From positions 1-64,000 of IMG/VR virus record IMGVR_UViG_3300020438_004021: DNA of 64,000 nt, one strand, 5' to 3'. A model generated the notes under the pieces. That model searched no databases, had not been told where the DNA came from, and saw only the letters and a program-made list of their open reading frames with translations. Source of the stretch: a virus. The first letter of the stretch is position 1. Each line of letters opens with the position of its first letter. This document shows positions 49,332 through 58,107 of this stretch, one piece after another. A program made the translations under genes and the position numbers.

Positions 49332-49850
49332 GACATGTACAATTTATCTTTCCCTCGTGACTTTGGTATCGGATTTGATGATGTATTCACTAGGATGCAT
49401 CGTCTAATGTCATCTGAGGAAAATAACAACAACGTTACAAAATTTCCACCATACAACATCATCAACGAATCTGATACCGAAAGTATCGTTGAGATGGCTG
49501 TTGCCGGGTTCTCATCTGATGAACTCGACATTACGGTAGAAAATAATGTGCTCAAAATTGTCGGTAAGAGAGATGTTAAGCTGGATGATGCAAAGTACCA
49601 GCATAAGGGCATCGCATACCGCAATTTTGAGCGTAATTTTGCTTTAAGTGATTATATTGAGGTCAATGGAGCCAGTTGTGCCGAGGGAATTCTTAGAGTC
49701 TACCTAGAAAAGGTAGTCCCAGAGGATATGAAGCCCCGTAAGATTAACATTGTTAATGATAGACAACTACTGGTAGAGGACCAAAAACATCAGAACGTGC
49801 CCTATGATAATCAGGGTTCAATTGATGTTCCTTACGACCCCAGTAAATAA
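49329..49850 (+). CDS. small heat-shock protein Hsp20 (IbpA-like)
   Basis: IGFD, FPPYNI, E.AVAGF, HKGIA.RNF.R.F.L and GIL...LE..VPE motifs. Confidence 0.93.
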   Translation: MDMYNLSFPRDFGIGFDDVFTRMHRLMSSEENNNNVTKFPPYNIINESDTESIVEMAVAGFSSDELDITVENNVLKIVGKRDVKLDDAKYQHKGIAYRNFERNFALSDYIEVNGASCAEGILRVYLEKVVPEDMKPRKINIVNDRQLLVEDQKHQNVPYDNQGSIDVPYDPSK

Positions 49851-49878
49851 TCGACTTAATCTCTTCCTTTAAAAAGTA

Positions 49879-49913
49879 ACACCCAGTATGCTCTTAATAA
49901 GGCTGCTGGGTGT
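49879..49913 (+). terminator. stem-loop downstream of hsp20
   Basis: AACACCCAGTA...TGCTGGGTGTT inverted repeat; weak U-tract. Confidence 0.55.
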
Positions 49914-50068
49914 TGCTGTATTTGCTACCAGACTGCCAATTGATTCAACGGCTGCTCGTAGGCCCGTTATTATTTTAATGGAAGAAAAAAAAAGAAAAAA
50001 GAAAACAGACGGTCTATACACACCTTTGGAGTATGGATGTATATCTGTGTGTCTCCAAAAAGAAAATA

Positions 50069-50228
50069 GGGGGGGGGATATTTCGGACAAAATAGGTATA
50101 TGGTCGGGGAAAGGGGGGAAGGTAACCGTTTTTATTGTGCAAACACCCTTCCCGATATCAGGAAGGGCATATATGGGGGGGGATATCGCGGCTGAGAAAT
50201 ATATATGGTCGGGAAAAAGGGGGAGAGG
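50069..50228. repeat. non-coding degenerate tandem duplication around a palindrome
   Basis: G7-9ATAT...TATATGGTCGGG.AAAGGGGG twice, ~105 bp apart; CCCTTCCCGATATCAGGAAGGG at 50146-50167. Confidence 0.7.
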
Positions 50229-50237
50229 GGACTCTCT

Positions 50238-50245
50238 TATAAATA
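50238..50245 (+). promoter_or_regulatory. T4-type late promoter
   Basis: TATAAATA. Confidence 0.65.
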
Positions 50246-50303
50246 CTGTGTACGTTTTTTTTTATGAAATGTGTTCTTTTTTACAAGTAGAGGATAATAA
50301 ACT

Positions 50304-50630
50304 ATGGTTGACATTCAAAAACAGCTTTACATGAACAACATTAGGGGTGCCAACAATAATGCCCAACCTGTTGACGGTGAGAAGACACCTCCACCACCAC
50401 CAGAGGTAGTACCCGTTGCTACACCACCCGAAGCATCTACAGATGGTAGCATCCCTCCCGCAGGTGATGTAACTACTGCAGATGGCAATATAGTACAGGA
50501 CGTTACGCAAGGCACAGATGACCCTGCTCCACAGAGTCCTTTCTTGGATGCTGTGATGAGAGAGCTGTCTAAGCACTCAGGTTTGGACACTACTCCAATT
50601 GTTGAGCCACCTGCTTCAGAAACTGACTGA
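50304..50630 (+). CDS. Pro-rich, probably disordered hypothetical protein
   Basis: GAGGA RBS, late promoter. Confidence 0.7.
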   Translation: MVDIQKQLYMNNIRGANNNAQPVDGEKTPPPPPEVVPVATPPEASTDGSIPPAGDVTTADGNIVQDVTQGTDDPAPQSPFLDAVMRELSKHSGLDTTPIVEPPASETD

Positions 50631-50633
50631 ATT

Positions 50634-50641
50634 TATAAATA
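50634..50641 (+). promoter_or_regulatory. T4-type late promoter for the putative ncRNA
   Basis: TATAAATA directly after the upstream stop codon. Confidence 0.7.
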
Positions 50642-50647
50642 CTGTAG

Positions 50648-50926
50648 ACCAAATAAAGGTATATAATACGAAAATGAACGCAAATCATTCGAACGATAAT
50701 GCAAATAATAGAAAAGACGGTGCAGTTCCTGCCTCACATTTCAGGACTGCACCGTCTTTTCGTATGAATTTTTCTTACGGTCCGAGCAAGATAGGCAGTG
50801 CGCCAGTCGTTATGCCATTCATGCAAGGTGGGGGTGTATCAGACCTCCACTAAGGAACTTCGCTACCTTTGGACCGTCATTCATAGTAGGCAACCCTCTG
50901 AGTATTTCAGGGGGTTGTCTTTTTTT
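50648..50926 (+). ncRNA. putative structured ncRNA with two arms antisense to 23S rRNA H69-H71
   Basis: bounded by promoter and terminator; ~20-bp hairpin at 50711-50761; arms 50793-50825 and 50852-50880 are reverse complements of conserved 23S sequence. Confidence 0.7.
50888..50926 (+). terminator. rho-independent terminator
   Basis: AGGCAACCCTCTGA-GTATT-TCAGGGGGTTGTCT-TTTTTT. Confidence 0.88.
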
Positions 50927-51001
50927 ATATATAAGAGGTAGCACTGTCCGTGTATATGGATATTTTTCCGAAAAATTCGGCCTCAGAGCGAAAGAGAGAC
51001 G

Positions 51002-51799
51002 ATGAAATCATTTAAACAATACATCAAAGAAGAACCGATGGGTATGAAAGGACTATTCGAAACACCTACCGGTGACGTGCTAATCGCAGAAGAACTGCAA
51101 ACGAAAGAAATCGACCCCAAGGAATTCCCAAAATCAATGAATTCTAGACTAGCAGCAATATATGCTAGAAAAGGTGAGATGGATGGGAAGCACTCAGACG
51201 ATGTGGTGAAGACCAAAAAAGCAACTTGGGCGGCTAGAAAGTTAAAACCCTCACAGTCTGCTATCTACCTCGGCAAAGCACTGGGTATGGCAGTCGGTGG
51301 TGTGAAGGGTGGGGACTTGGGTTCGATCGTTTCTAGCGATAACCACATCCTCGACGGACATCACAGATGGGCAGCCACAATGCTCTCAGAACCCACCGCG
51401 AAAATAATGGGCATATCAGCAGATTTAGGAATTGGTGACCTAGTTCCCGTATTGCGTTCCCTAGGAGATGCTTACGGTAATCAGAGAAGAGGTGAACCAA
51501 CTGGTGGTGATGTCAACATCTACAGGGCAAAAATGAAAGATGCTATGGATGCCCTAATGAACGGCACTAATATGAACCCCAAATTCTACGATAGAGAGAA
51601 ATCCATCGCTTGGTTAGAGTCAATTGGTGGTGAAGAAGAACTAGCAAACAGACTATCCGCACTACAGGATAGGACCCCACCCAGAGGTGCACCACCTAGA
51701 ATAGAGATGCCCGTCATTGATGCAGATAAAGGTCAAGAGAAAAAAGCGGCTAATGCATTGAAGCAAGGGCAACTAGATGTTAGAGCACCTTACGCATGA
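51002..51799 (+). CDS. ParB/Srx-like domain protein with capsid-targeting-like N-terminus
   Basis: MKSFKQYIKEE; LKPSQ and ILDGHHRWAA motifs. Confidence 0.75.
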   Translation: MKSFKQYIKEEPMGMKGLFETPTGDVLIAEELQTKEIDPKEFPKSMNSRLAAIYARKGEMDGKHSDDVVKTKKATWAARKLKPSQSAIYLGKALGMAVGGVKGGDLGSIVSSDNHILDGHHRWAATMLSEPTAKIMGISADLGIGDLVPVLRSLGDAYGNQRRGEPTGGDVNIYRAKMKDAMDALMNGTNMNPKFYDREKSIAWLESIGGEEELANRLSALQDRTPPRGAPPRIEMPVIDADKGQEKKAANALKQGQLDVRAPYA

Positions 51800-52506
51800 A
51801 AACATTCTCCCAATACATTTCGTTCATTTCAGAAGACAGCAATTTCAATATAGCTGTCGATGAGATAAAATATGGGTCTCCTACTGAAGAACAGAGAGAG
51901 AGGATGAATAGACCTCTGAATTATTTCTCTTCCGACGTTTTAGACTTGATAACTATGGGTGGTCCACCCAGCAATAGTAGCGATCTTACCCAGAAAGAGA
52001 TATTTTATCTTCTGAAACTGATTGATAATAGGACCGAGGAGGATGCTGAGAAGTTTAATAAATATGATGAACACTTCTCCCCCTACTTCATCAATTATGC
52101 CAAGGATAACGACTTGGAATTCGATGAAGAAGAGATTAGAGACATAAGAAGAGAGGCTGCCAACGTTATGCTCATTTCTAAGTTCCATTTCAACAGACCC
52201 AGACCACACCAGTTGGGTGTAGTGCTAGGAACAGAGATTAGAAGCATGAATACGGAGTCTGGACACACACCAGCATACCCGAGTGGACATGCAGCCCAAT
52301 CCAGACTCATTGCATTGGTGTTATCAGACAAAAACCCTGACCACCAAGAGCAGTTAATGAAACTAGCAGATGATATAGCACTATCTAGGGAACTAGGTGG
52401 TGTACACTACCCCTCGGACAATGACTTCGGCAAGAAGGTCGGAGACATGTTATATAGCAACCTGATGAGAGAAGAATATCCAATGTCTATGGATGGAGAC
52501 GACTAA
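51796..52506 (+). CDS. PAP2/vanadium-haloperoxidase-superfamily phosphatase with capsid-targeting-like N-terminus
   Basis: K..FNRPRP, PAYPSGH and SR..GGVHYPSD motifs. Confidence 0.85.
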   Translation: MKTFSQYISFISEDSNFNIAVDEIKYGSPTEEQRERMNRPLNYFSSDVLDLITMGGPPSNSSDLTQKEIFYLLKLIDNRTEEDAEKFNKYDEHFSPYFINYAKDNDLEFDEEEIRDIRREAANVMLISKFHFNRPRPHQLGVVLGTEIRSMNTESGHTPAYPSGHAAQSRLIALVLSDKNPDHQEQLMKLADDIALSRELGGVHYPSDNDFGKKVGDMLYSNLMREEYPMSMDGDD

Positions 52507-55500
52507 TGAATAAATTTAAACGTTTGATACTAGAGAGCAAACCCACTTTGAACTCTAGTGCTGATAGTGGTTCCGCCGCAATATTGACTCCAACCACCGT
52601 CAGTTCCGGCAAAATCGCTTTCTACCCCAATCCAGTCGGTATATGGAATTCCCTCCTAACCAGAGACATCAGAGGTATAGTTAAACCTGCATCTAAGAAA
52701 GATGCAGTTAGGAACCTTAAGTCTCTAATCGGTCAGGCTAGAGCAGAAGAACTATATAAAGACTTCGAAGATTACACCAGTCTACTTTTCAATAAGAGAG
52801 AAGCAGGTCTCGCTGCGACGATATATGATGCAGAGGCTACCTTAGAGAAAAGCAAAAATACTAAACCTTTCACCGAGTTTGAGTTGACCGGTGACATCTT
52901 ACTTTCTATGCTGCACGGTACTGATATTGGATTCAGATCAGATGACGATGGTGATGAGGGAGAAGATGAGAAAGAAGAAGATAAGCCCTACACACAGGAC
53001 CCAAAAGATCCTCTCCGATTTACTGATCCCGCTGGAAACGACTACTACGATTTAGATGGAGACGGTGTTCCAGATATGATTTGGAACGGGACAGAATGGG
53101 TTCCTCTACCAGATGGTGGTGGTTTTTGGGATGAAGACCCATCAGACGAAGGTGAAGACGAGGATGAAGACCCATCAGACGAAGGTGAAGACGAGGATGA
53201 AGACGAGGACGAGGATGAAGAAGATGAGGATGAGGATGAAGAAGATAAAGAAGAGCGGAAAGACGTATGGCCCGAAGAATGGCCTGGTGGTTGGGATAAC
53301 GTGCCCGATGATTTGAAACCAATCCTAATCAAACCATATATGGACGATGATGGCAAATTCACTGACCCAGAAAATCCACCTCCGATTCTAGAAGATGACG
53401 ATACGCAGGATGTACCTGGAAGTGGAACTCCAATTTGGAATCCAGAACTGAAAGAATGGGGGTGGTACGAAGTACCACCGGGTAAATGGTTTCCGTGTGA
53501 ACCCGAGGACTTCGGTCTTAATCCAGACCACCCATACCACCCAGACTACGATGATACTAGGGCAGCATCAGGACAGGGTGATGACAACCTTCCCGACGAC
53601 CTTCCGGACTTCCCCGAAGAGGATATGTATCAGAATATTCAGGATGATGGAACCTGGACTTCCGGTGGTTATACCTGGCAGGTAGGAGAAAATGGCGAAT
53701 TGATGGTTCTAATCGATGGTAGATGGATAGTCAGAGCAGATAAACTAGACACTGACCCTGATGAAGAAGGTGATGATGTTCCACCTTTAGATGACAATTT
53801 AATTCATCCCGGTTATTTTGACCAAATTATTCCAGGTGCTGGTGAACCCGGTTATTATAGTGATTCCACTCCTGATGACATTGCTGATATTCTATATCAT
53901 ATCATCGACAAGTATAATAAAGAGCAGCAACAACACTATCCGGATATTCACCAAAGGATACCAGGCGAGAACGAGCAGAAGCCTGCTTGGTTGGAAGACC
54001 CAATCCAACACCCTAATTATCAAAAACCAGGACGTCGTCCTGGTCGTATGAGAAAACCAGACTTCCAGATGGGGGGAGCGAAGAATATAGGTTTAGACGG
54101 CATTATAAAGATGTTGCCGAATATGGACCCACCACTAGCAAGGATGGTCAGGAATATACTTTCTGCGATGGAACAAATGGGACAGATGCGTGATGGAGAC
54201 ACTACAGGGGATAAACCAAAGCCTTGTGCTTTCCCTCCTTGTGCGGGAGACCCTCAACGTCCCGGAGACGACCCTAAAGACCAGATAGATTACACCGACG
54301 ATTTTCCTATTGATGATGACGACGACGGGGATGACGACGACGGGGATGATGAAGGAGAGACTGTAGGAGATGAACCAATACCATGTGCTTTCCCTCCTTG
54401 TGAGACTCGTCCTGAGGATGACCCGACAGACCAGATAGACAGTGAAGATGATTTCCCTATCGATGACGATGATGACGATGATGACGATGATGATGATGGT
54501 TTAAACGACTACTCAGGTCCGGCATCTATCTCTAATATACCATCATATGTCAAACCTAAACTGCCTAATCTGCAATGGAATAACTTCACAGATGATAACG
54601 GTGAGGTTGAAGACCCATATTTATGGCAAAGACCGGTGGGTGTCAGTGGAGGCTCCGTTAATTCTCCTGCCTTAGATTATTATAGCCCCTTCATTGATAA
54701 GATGGGATGGGTCAACGAATCTTTCAATAGAAGACTGAATGAGAGAGTAAGCAGAGAAGATATGGACCACGGAAAGTCTTCTAAACTTGCTAAGGGTTGG
54801 GTGCATCCTTCAGGCAAGATATATGTTTGGAAAAATTTGAAACCATATCATGTACAATATATTGCCACCAAACCTGGTAAATTTGGACTCAAAGAAGACG
54901 ATATTTATAACCATTTGCTACAAAGATACACAGAGTATGGTGTCAACCAACCTCAAAATAGTGCTATGTCAGATGTCGAAAAATTAAAAGATGGAACCGT
55001 TGACATCGATAGAAAAGTAGAGTTAATGGCGATTAAAAAGGGCTGGTGCAGATTTGTACTCGACGACGGTTGGGGAAGCCTTAGGGGTATGAAGAACAAA
55101 GATATGCATAAATGTGCCAAGATCCTGTTTAGCAAGATGGAAAGTAAGTTTACCAGAAGTTTCGGACTAGAGTTAAACAAGATAGATTCCAAGCTTGGAG
55201 ATTATGACTATAGAAAACATACAACTCTTGGTTTTGATATGTTCAGGGAATGGATAGGTGGAAGACAACCAGACCCTGCAAGTGTTAAAGTTAGAAAGCA
55301 TACCGAGATAGGCAAAACTATGAAGATGTTTAGAGGTCATGACTATGATGAACCAGTTAAAATATACAGCGATTGGCAACCACCTTCGTTCAAAGATTGG
55401 TTGAAAGAATCCGTGGAAATGGAAGACGGAAAGTATATTACTGTGAAGCAATTTAACTCTGAGGATGCAGCTATGGCATCTATAGAGAATGCAGAAGGTC

Positions 55501-56180
55501 TTATTGACCACATGAAGATTATGGATTCTGTGTATGCTATGGTGTTCGATAATGAAGACCACAAAGAGAAGTTCGTGAAAGATTATGAATTTAATCTTAT
55601 GGGGGAATCAACCATATATGATTCCAACTCAATTAGTGAGAAGAGCAGTAGAGCAGAAATAGAGGGTGCTATGGAATGGTGGCATGGTGAAATCCTTGCT
55701 TCCAGTAAGAGAGAAAGAGCAGCCATGGGATATAGTAGACCCGAGAACATCAGGGAACTGATTAGAAGACCTATTCCTATGCTCAAATATCATATCAAGA
55801 TGTATAATGCTTACCTAGACGAATATGGTCCTTTCGATGAAGTCCCGTCCAGACTAGAAGAGGGATGTGGGTGTGGTTGTGAAGAATGCAAAGGTTCTGA
55901 ATTAGAAGAGGCAGAGTACAAAGGCAAAAAGGTCACATTAAATAAACCTTTTAGAACACCAGGCGAATCTAAGAAATTCGCAGTTTATGCCAAGAATGAA
56001 AAAGGAACTGTTGTTATTGTGAGGTTCGGGGACCCTAATATGGAGATAAAAAGGGATGACCCAAAAAGGTTAAAGGCATACCGATCTAGAATGGGGTGCG
56101 ATACCGATCCGGGACCTAAATGGAAAGCAAACTATTGGTCTTGCTATCAATGGAGAGCAGGAGCAAAGGTAGACGATTGA
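52506..56180 (+). CDS. large acidic multi-module protein, candidate internal head polyprotein
   Basis: 1224 aa; D/E tracts, repeats, internal SFKDWLKES, C-terminal EAEYKGKKVTLNKP...YWSC module. Confidence 0.75.
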   Translation: MNKFKRLILESKPTLNSSADSGSAAILTPTTVSSGKIAFYPNPVGIWNSLLTRDIRGIVKPASKKDAVRNLKSLIGQARAEELYKDFEDYTSLLFNKREAGLAATIYDAEATLEKSKNTKPFTEFELTGDILLSMLHGTDIGFRSDDDGDEGEDEKEEDKPYTQDPKDPLRFTDPAGNDYYDLDGDGVPDMIWNGTEWVPLPDGGGFWDEDPSDEGEDEDEDPSDEGEDEDEDEDEDEEDEDEDEEDKEERKDVWPEEWPGGWDNVPDDLKPILIKPYMDDDGKFTDPENPPPILEDDDTQDVPGSGTPIWNPELKEWGWYEVPPGKWFPCEPEDFGLNPDHPYHPDYDDTRAASGQGDDNLPDDLPDFPEEDMYQNIQDDGTWTSGGYTWQVGENGELMVLIDGRWIVRADKLDTDPDEEGDDVPPLDDNLIHPGYFDQIIPGAGEPGYYSDSTPDDIADILYHIIDKYNKEQQQHYPDIHQRIPGENEQKPAWLEDPIQHPNYQKPGRRPGRMRKPDFQMGGAKNIGLDGIIKMLPNMDPPLARMVRNILSAMEQMGQMRDGDTTGDKPKPCAFPPCAGDPQRPGDDPKDQIDYTDDFPIDDDDDGDDDDGDDEGETVGDEPIPCAFPPCETRPEDDPTDQIDSEDDFPIDDDDDDDDDDDDGLNDYSGPASISNIPSYVKPKLPNLQWNNFTDDNGEVEDPYLWQRPVGVSGGSVNSPALDYYSPFIDKMGWVNESFNRRLNERVSREDMDHGKSSKLAKGWVHPSGKIYVWKNLKPYHVQYIATKPGKFGLKEDDIYNHLLQRYTEYGVNQPQNSAMSDVEKLKDGTVDIDRKVELMAIKKGWCRFVLDDGWGSLRGMKNKDMHKCAKILFSKMESKFTRSFGLELNKIDSKLGDYDYRKHTTLGFDMFREWIGGRQPDPASVKVRKHTEIGKTMKMFRGHDYDEPVKIYSDWQPPSFKDWLKESVEMEDGKYITVKQFNSEDAAMASIENAEGLIDHMKIMDSVYAMVFDNEDHKEKFVKDYEFNLMGESTIYDSNSISEKSSRAEIEGAMEWWHGEILASSKRERAAMGYSRPENIRELIRRPIPMLKYHIKMYNAYLDEYGPFDEVPSRLEEGCGCGCEECKGSELEEAEYKGKKVTLNKPFRTPGESKKFAVYAKNEKGTVVIVRFGDPNMEIKRDDPKRLKAYRSRMGCDTDPGPKWKANYWSCYQWRAGAKVDD
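53130..53247 (+). repeat. coding tandem repeat (DEDPSDEGEDE x2) plus D/E tract
   Basis: 33-bp unit GATGAAGACCCATCAGACGAAGGTGAAGACGAG present twice. Confidence 0.85.
54216..54498 (+). repeat. coding duplication PCAFPPC...DQID..DDFPIDDDD x2
   Basis: two degenerate copies, each followed by poly-Asp. Confidence 0.85.
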
Positions 56181-56226
56181 GGCAGAAATGAAATCTAAAA
56201 AAAATAAATAATCTGGAGATAATAAT

Positions 56227-57594
56227 ATGAAATCATTTAAACAGTTTACTTGCCTGACGGAGGCGACTAAGGACGAGAAATCTTTTGTCTCCTATTTGAG
56301 AACTAATGTATTCAATAACGATAAAAAATTCGTGGCAAGAAGCAGAAATGGTTATCATGTTAGATTTCCCATAGACGGCAGTGATAGTAAAATCGCCTCG
56401 TTCTGGAAGAAACACGGCATCCTATGCGTACACGATCCAGAGATGGATATAAGCGGTTCATTCAAAGAATATCTCCTAACTGCCACGGACAAAATGCCCG
56501 GTTCTGATGGAAGTTTGACTGGTAAGACACTATGGTATGTCAACAACAGCAGAAAGGCTGCCAGCGGTGGAGAATTGATATTCGGTAATAAAGAGCTGAC
56601 ACCCGACAAAGTTGGTCTTGATGGAAAGACATTGGCATTGAGAGGAATCAAGACAACAATTAAGAAATTTACTGATGGTCTTGACAAAAGGATAGGCAAC
56701 TATCTGTTCTCACTGGTAGACCTAGCAGGTAAGACCAGAGGAGAAGAGTCTAAAATCGATTTCGACATTGGTTTAAAACCAGCAGATCTGAAGGTAGTAT
56801 CTAAAGACTTCGGTGAAACCATAGCAGCAGCCTGGGCACTCAAGTCCAATATAGTAGATGCTAGCAAGATTTACTTCCCAGCAGCGGGCAACGAACCATT
56901 AGTCGACTTTTATGCAGTACCTAAGGGCGGTGGGATGGTGGGTTATTCTGTCAAGTCTGGTGCTGGTGCTGGAACTAGCATTAAGAACATTGCGGAAGAC
57001 TTGGAAAGTAAGGCAGCAGACCCTAAATGGATGAAGTCCTTCAGCAGCACTGAGCAGAGTGTAATTAGACTTGTGGGTCACCTACACAAGACTTCTGCTA
57101 CCCAAGGTGTCATTGATGCAAATATCGCTATGGGGACACCAGGCATCAAAGCACTAGCAGATGCTATGGGTGTAAGAAGACCTCAAAGGAAATCCTTGGG
57201 TGCAATCACTCCAGACCAGATAAATCTCTGGTTACAATCTATTGGTACACTAGAAAAAAGATACGAGGCTGCTAAGAAGCTTTATAAAATCTTCGGCAGT
57301 GAGACCACTTGGGCGATTTGGAAAAGGATAGGCAGGTCTAACTCTCAGGCAGCAGCGATTATTAATCCCCTAGGGTATCATGTTGTCTCACACCTTAATA
57401 AGGCAGGTCAAGACACGCTGAACAAGGCTGTTAAGAAGTTGCAAGTCCTTCAGCTAGATGTAAATGTAACCAGCACCAAACTTACATTCGGTGTTAAGTC
57501 CTTCAAAGATATGGATTTTGAATTCGAATATCACTCTTCAATAAGTGGTGGTACTAGTGTAAGTAACAAACTAGGATTTAAGAAGAAAAGATAA
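56227..57594 (+). CDS. putative PD-(D/E)xK-like nuclease with capsid-targeting-like N-terminus
   Basis: MKSFKQF..LTE; KDFGE, FP..GNEPLVDF and SVKS motifs. Confidence 0.55.
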   Translation: MKSFKQFTCLTEATKDEKSFVSYLRTNVFNNDKKFVARSRNGYHVRFPIDGSDSKIASFWKKHGILCVHDPEMDISGSFKEYLLTATDKMPGSDGSLTGKTLWYVNNSRKAASGGELIFGNKELTPDKVGLDGKTLALRGIKTTIKKFTDGLDKRIGNYLFSLVDLAGKTRGEESKIDFDIGLKPADLKVVSKDFGETIAAAWALKSNIVDASKIYFPAAGNEPLVDFYAVPKGGGMVGYSVKSGAGAGTSIKNIAEDLESKAADPKWMKSFSSTEQSVIRLVGHLHKTSATQGVIDANIAMGTPGIKALADAMGVRRPQRKSLGAITPDQINLWLQSIGTLEKRYEAAKKLYKIFGSETTWAIWKRIGRSNSQAAAIINPLGYHVVSHLNKAGQDTLNKAVKKLQVLQLDVNVTSTKLTFGVKSFKDMDFEFEYHSSISGGTSVSNKLGFKKKR

Positions 57595-58100
57595 TGAAAT
57601 CATTCGAGCAGTACATAGCAGAAGCAAAGAGGTGGACACTTGATAAACTTCAAGTCGGTGATATAGTTACCTATAAAGATGGTTCGCAAGCAGAGGTGAT
57701 GACCCATGAGACCAGTAAGAATAATTCTAACTATTTCGACATTCGTATGAAGGACATAAAGACAGGATACGAATTCGCACATCAAAATAAAAAGCCGGGA
57801 AGAACTACTGGAAGTTCAACAATAACCAAAGTGGTTCGCAATGGTGAAGTATCATCCAGATTAGAAGAGGCAAGAAGATTTACACCATCTGGTACATTCC
57901 AATTTCCTAGTGCAAACCAGGCAAAAGATTTCATGAGTGATATTTCAAGAGAAGGAAGAGGGAATATCCAAACTCAGCACAGATTTGAACAAGGTTACGG
58001 CAGGAAGAATATAATCGATGTAAAATGGTCAGGCACTATGGATAGAGTAGTATATGACGTTCTTAGAAAATATAATGGTCGTGCATGGACTCAAGGGTAG
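57594..58100 (+). CDS. two-module protein with capsid-targeting-like N-terminus
   Basis: MKSFEQYIAE; internal SRLEE linker. Confidence 0.7.
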   Translation: MKSFEQYIAEAKRWTLDKLQVGDIVTYKDGSQAEVMTHETSKNNSNYFDIRMKDIKTGYEFAHQNKKPGRTTGSSTITKVVRNGEVSSRLEEARRFTPSGTFQFPSANQAKDFMSDISREGRGNIQTQHRFEQGYGRKNIIDVKWSGTMDRVVYDVLRKYNGRAWTQG

Positions 58101-58107
58101 GACCTTA

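Noticed and set aside
49888-50334. 148-aa + strand ORF
   Set aside because: Runs through a hairpin, homopolymer tracts and repeats; no RBS; likely non-coding.
50674-50720. tmRNA tag-like peptide (NANHSNDNAN)
   Set aside because: No tRNA-like ends, no ALAA-type terminus and no nearby stop.
50793-50880. Genuine rRNA gene or rRNA contamination
   Set aside because: Only two ~30-nt blocks match, H71 is replaced by an unrelated hairpin, and the flanks are phage promoter and terminator sequences.
53130-54498. CRISPR-like repeats
   Set aside because: The repeats are in-frame coding duplications without spacer structure.
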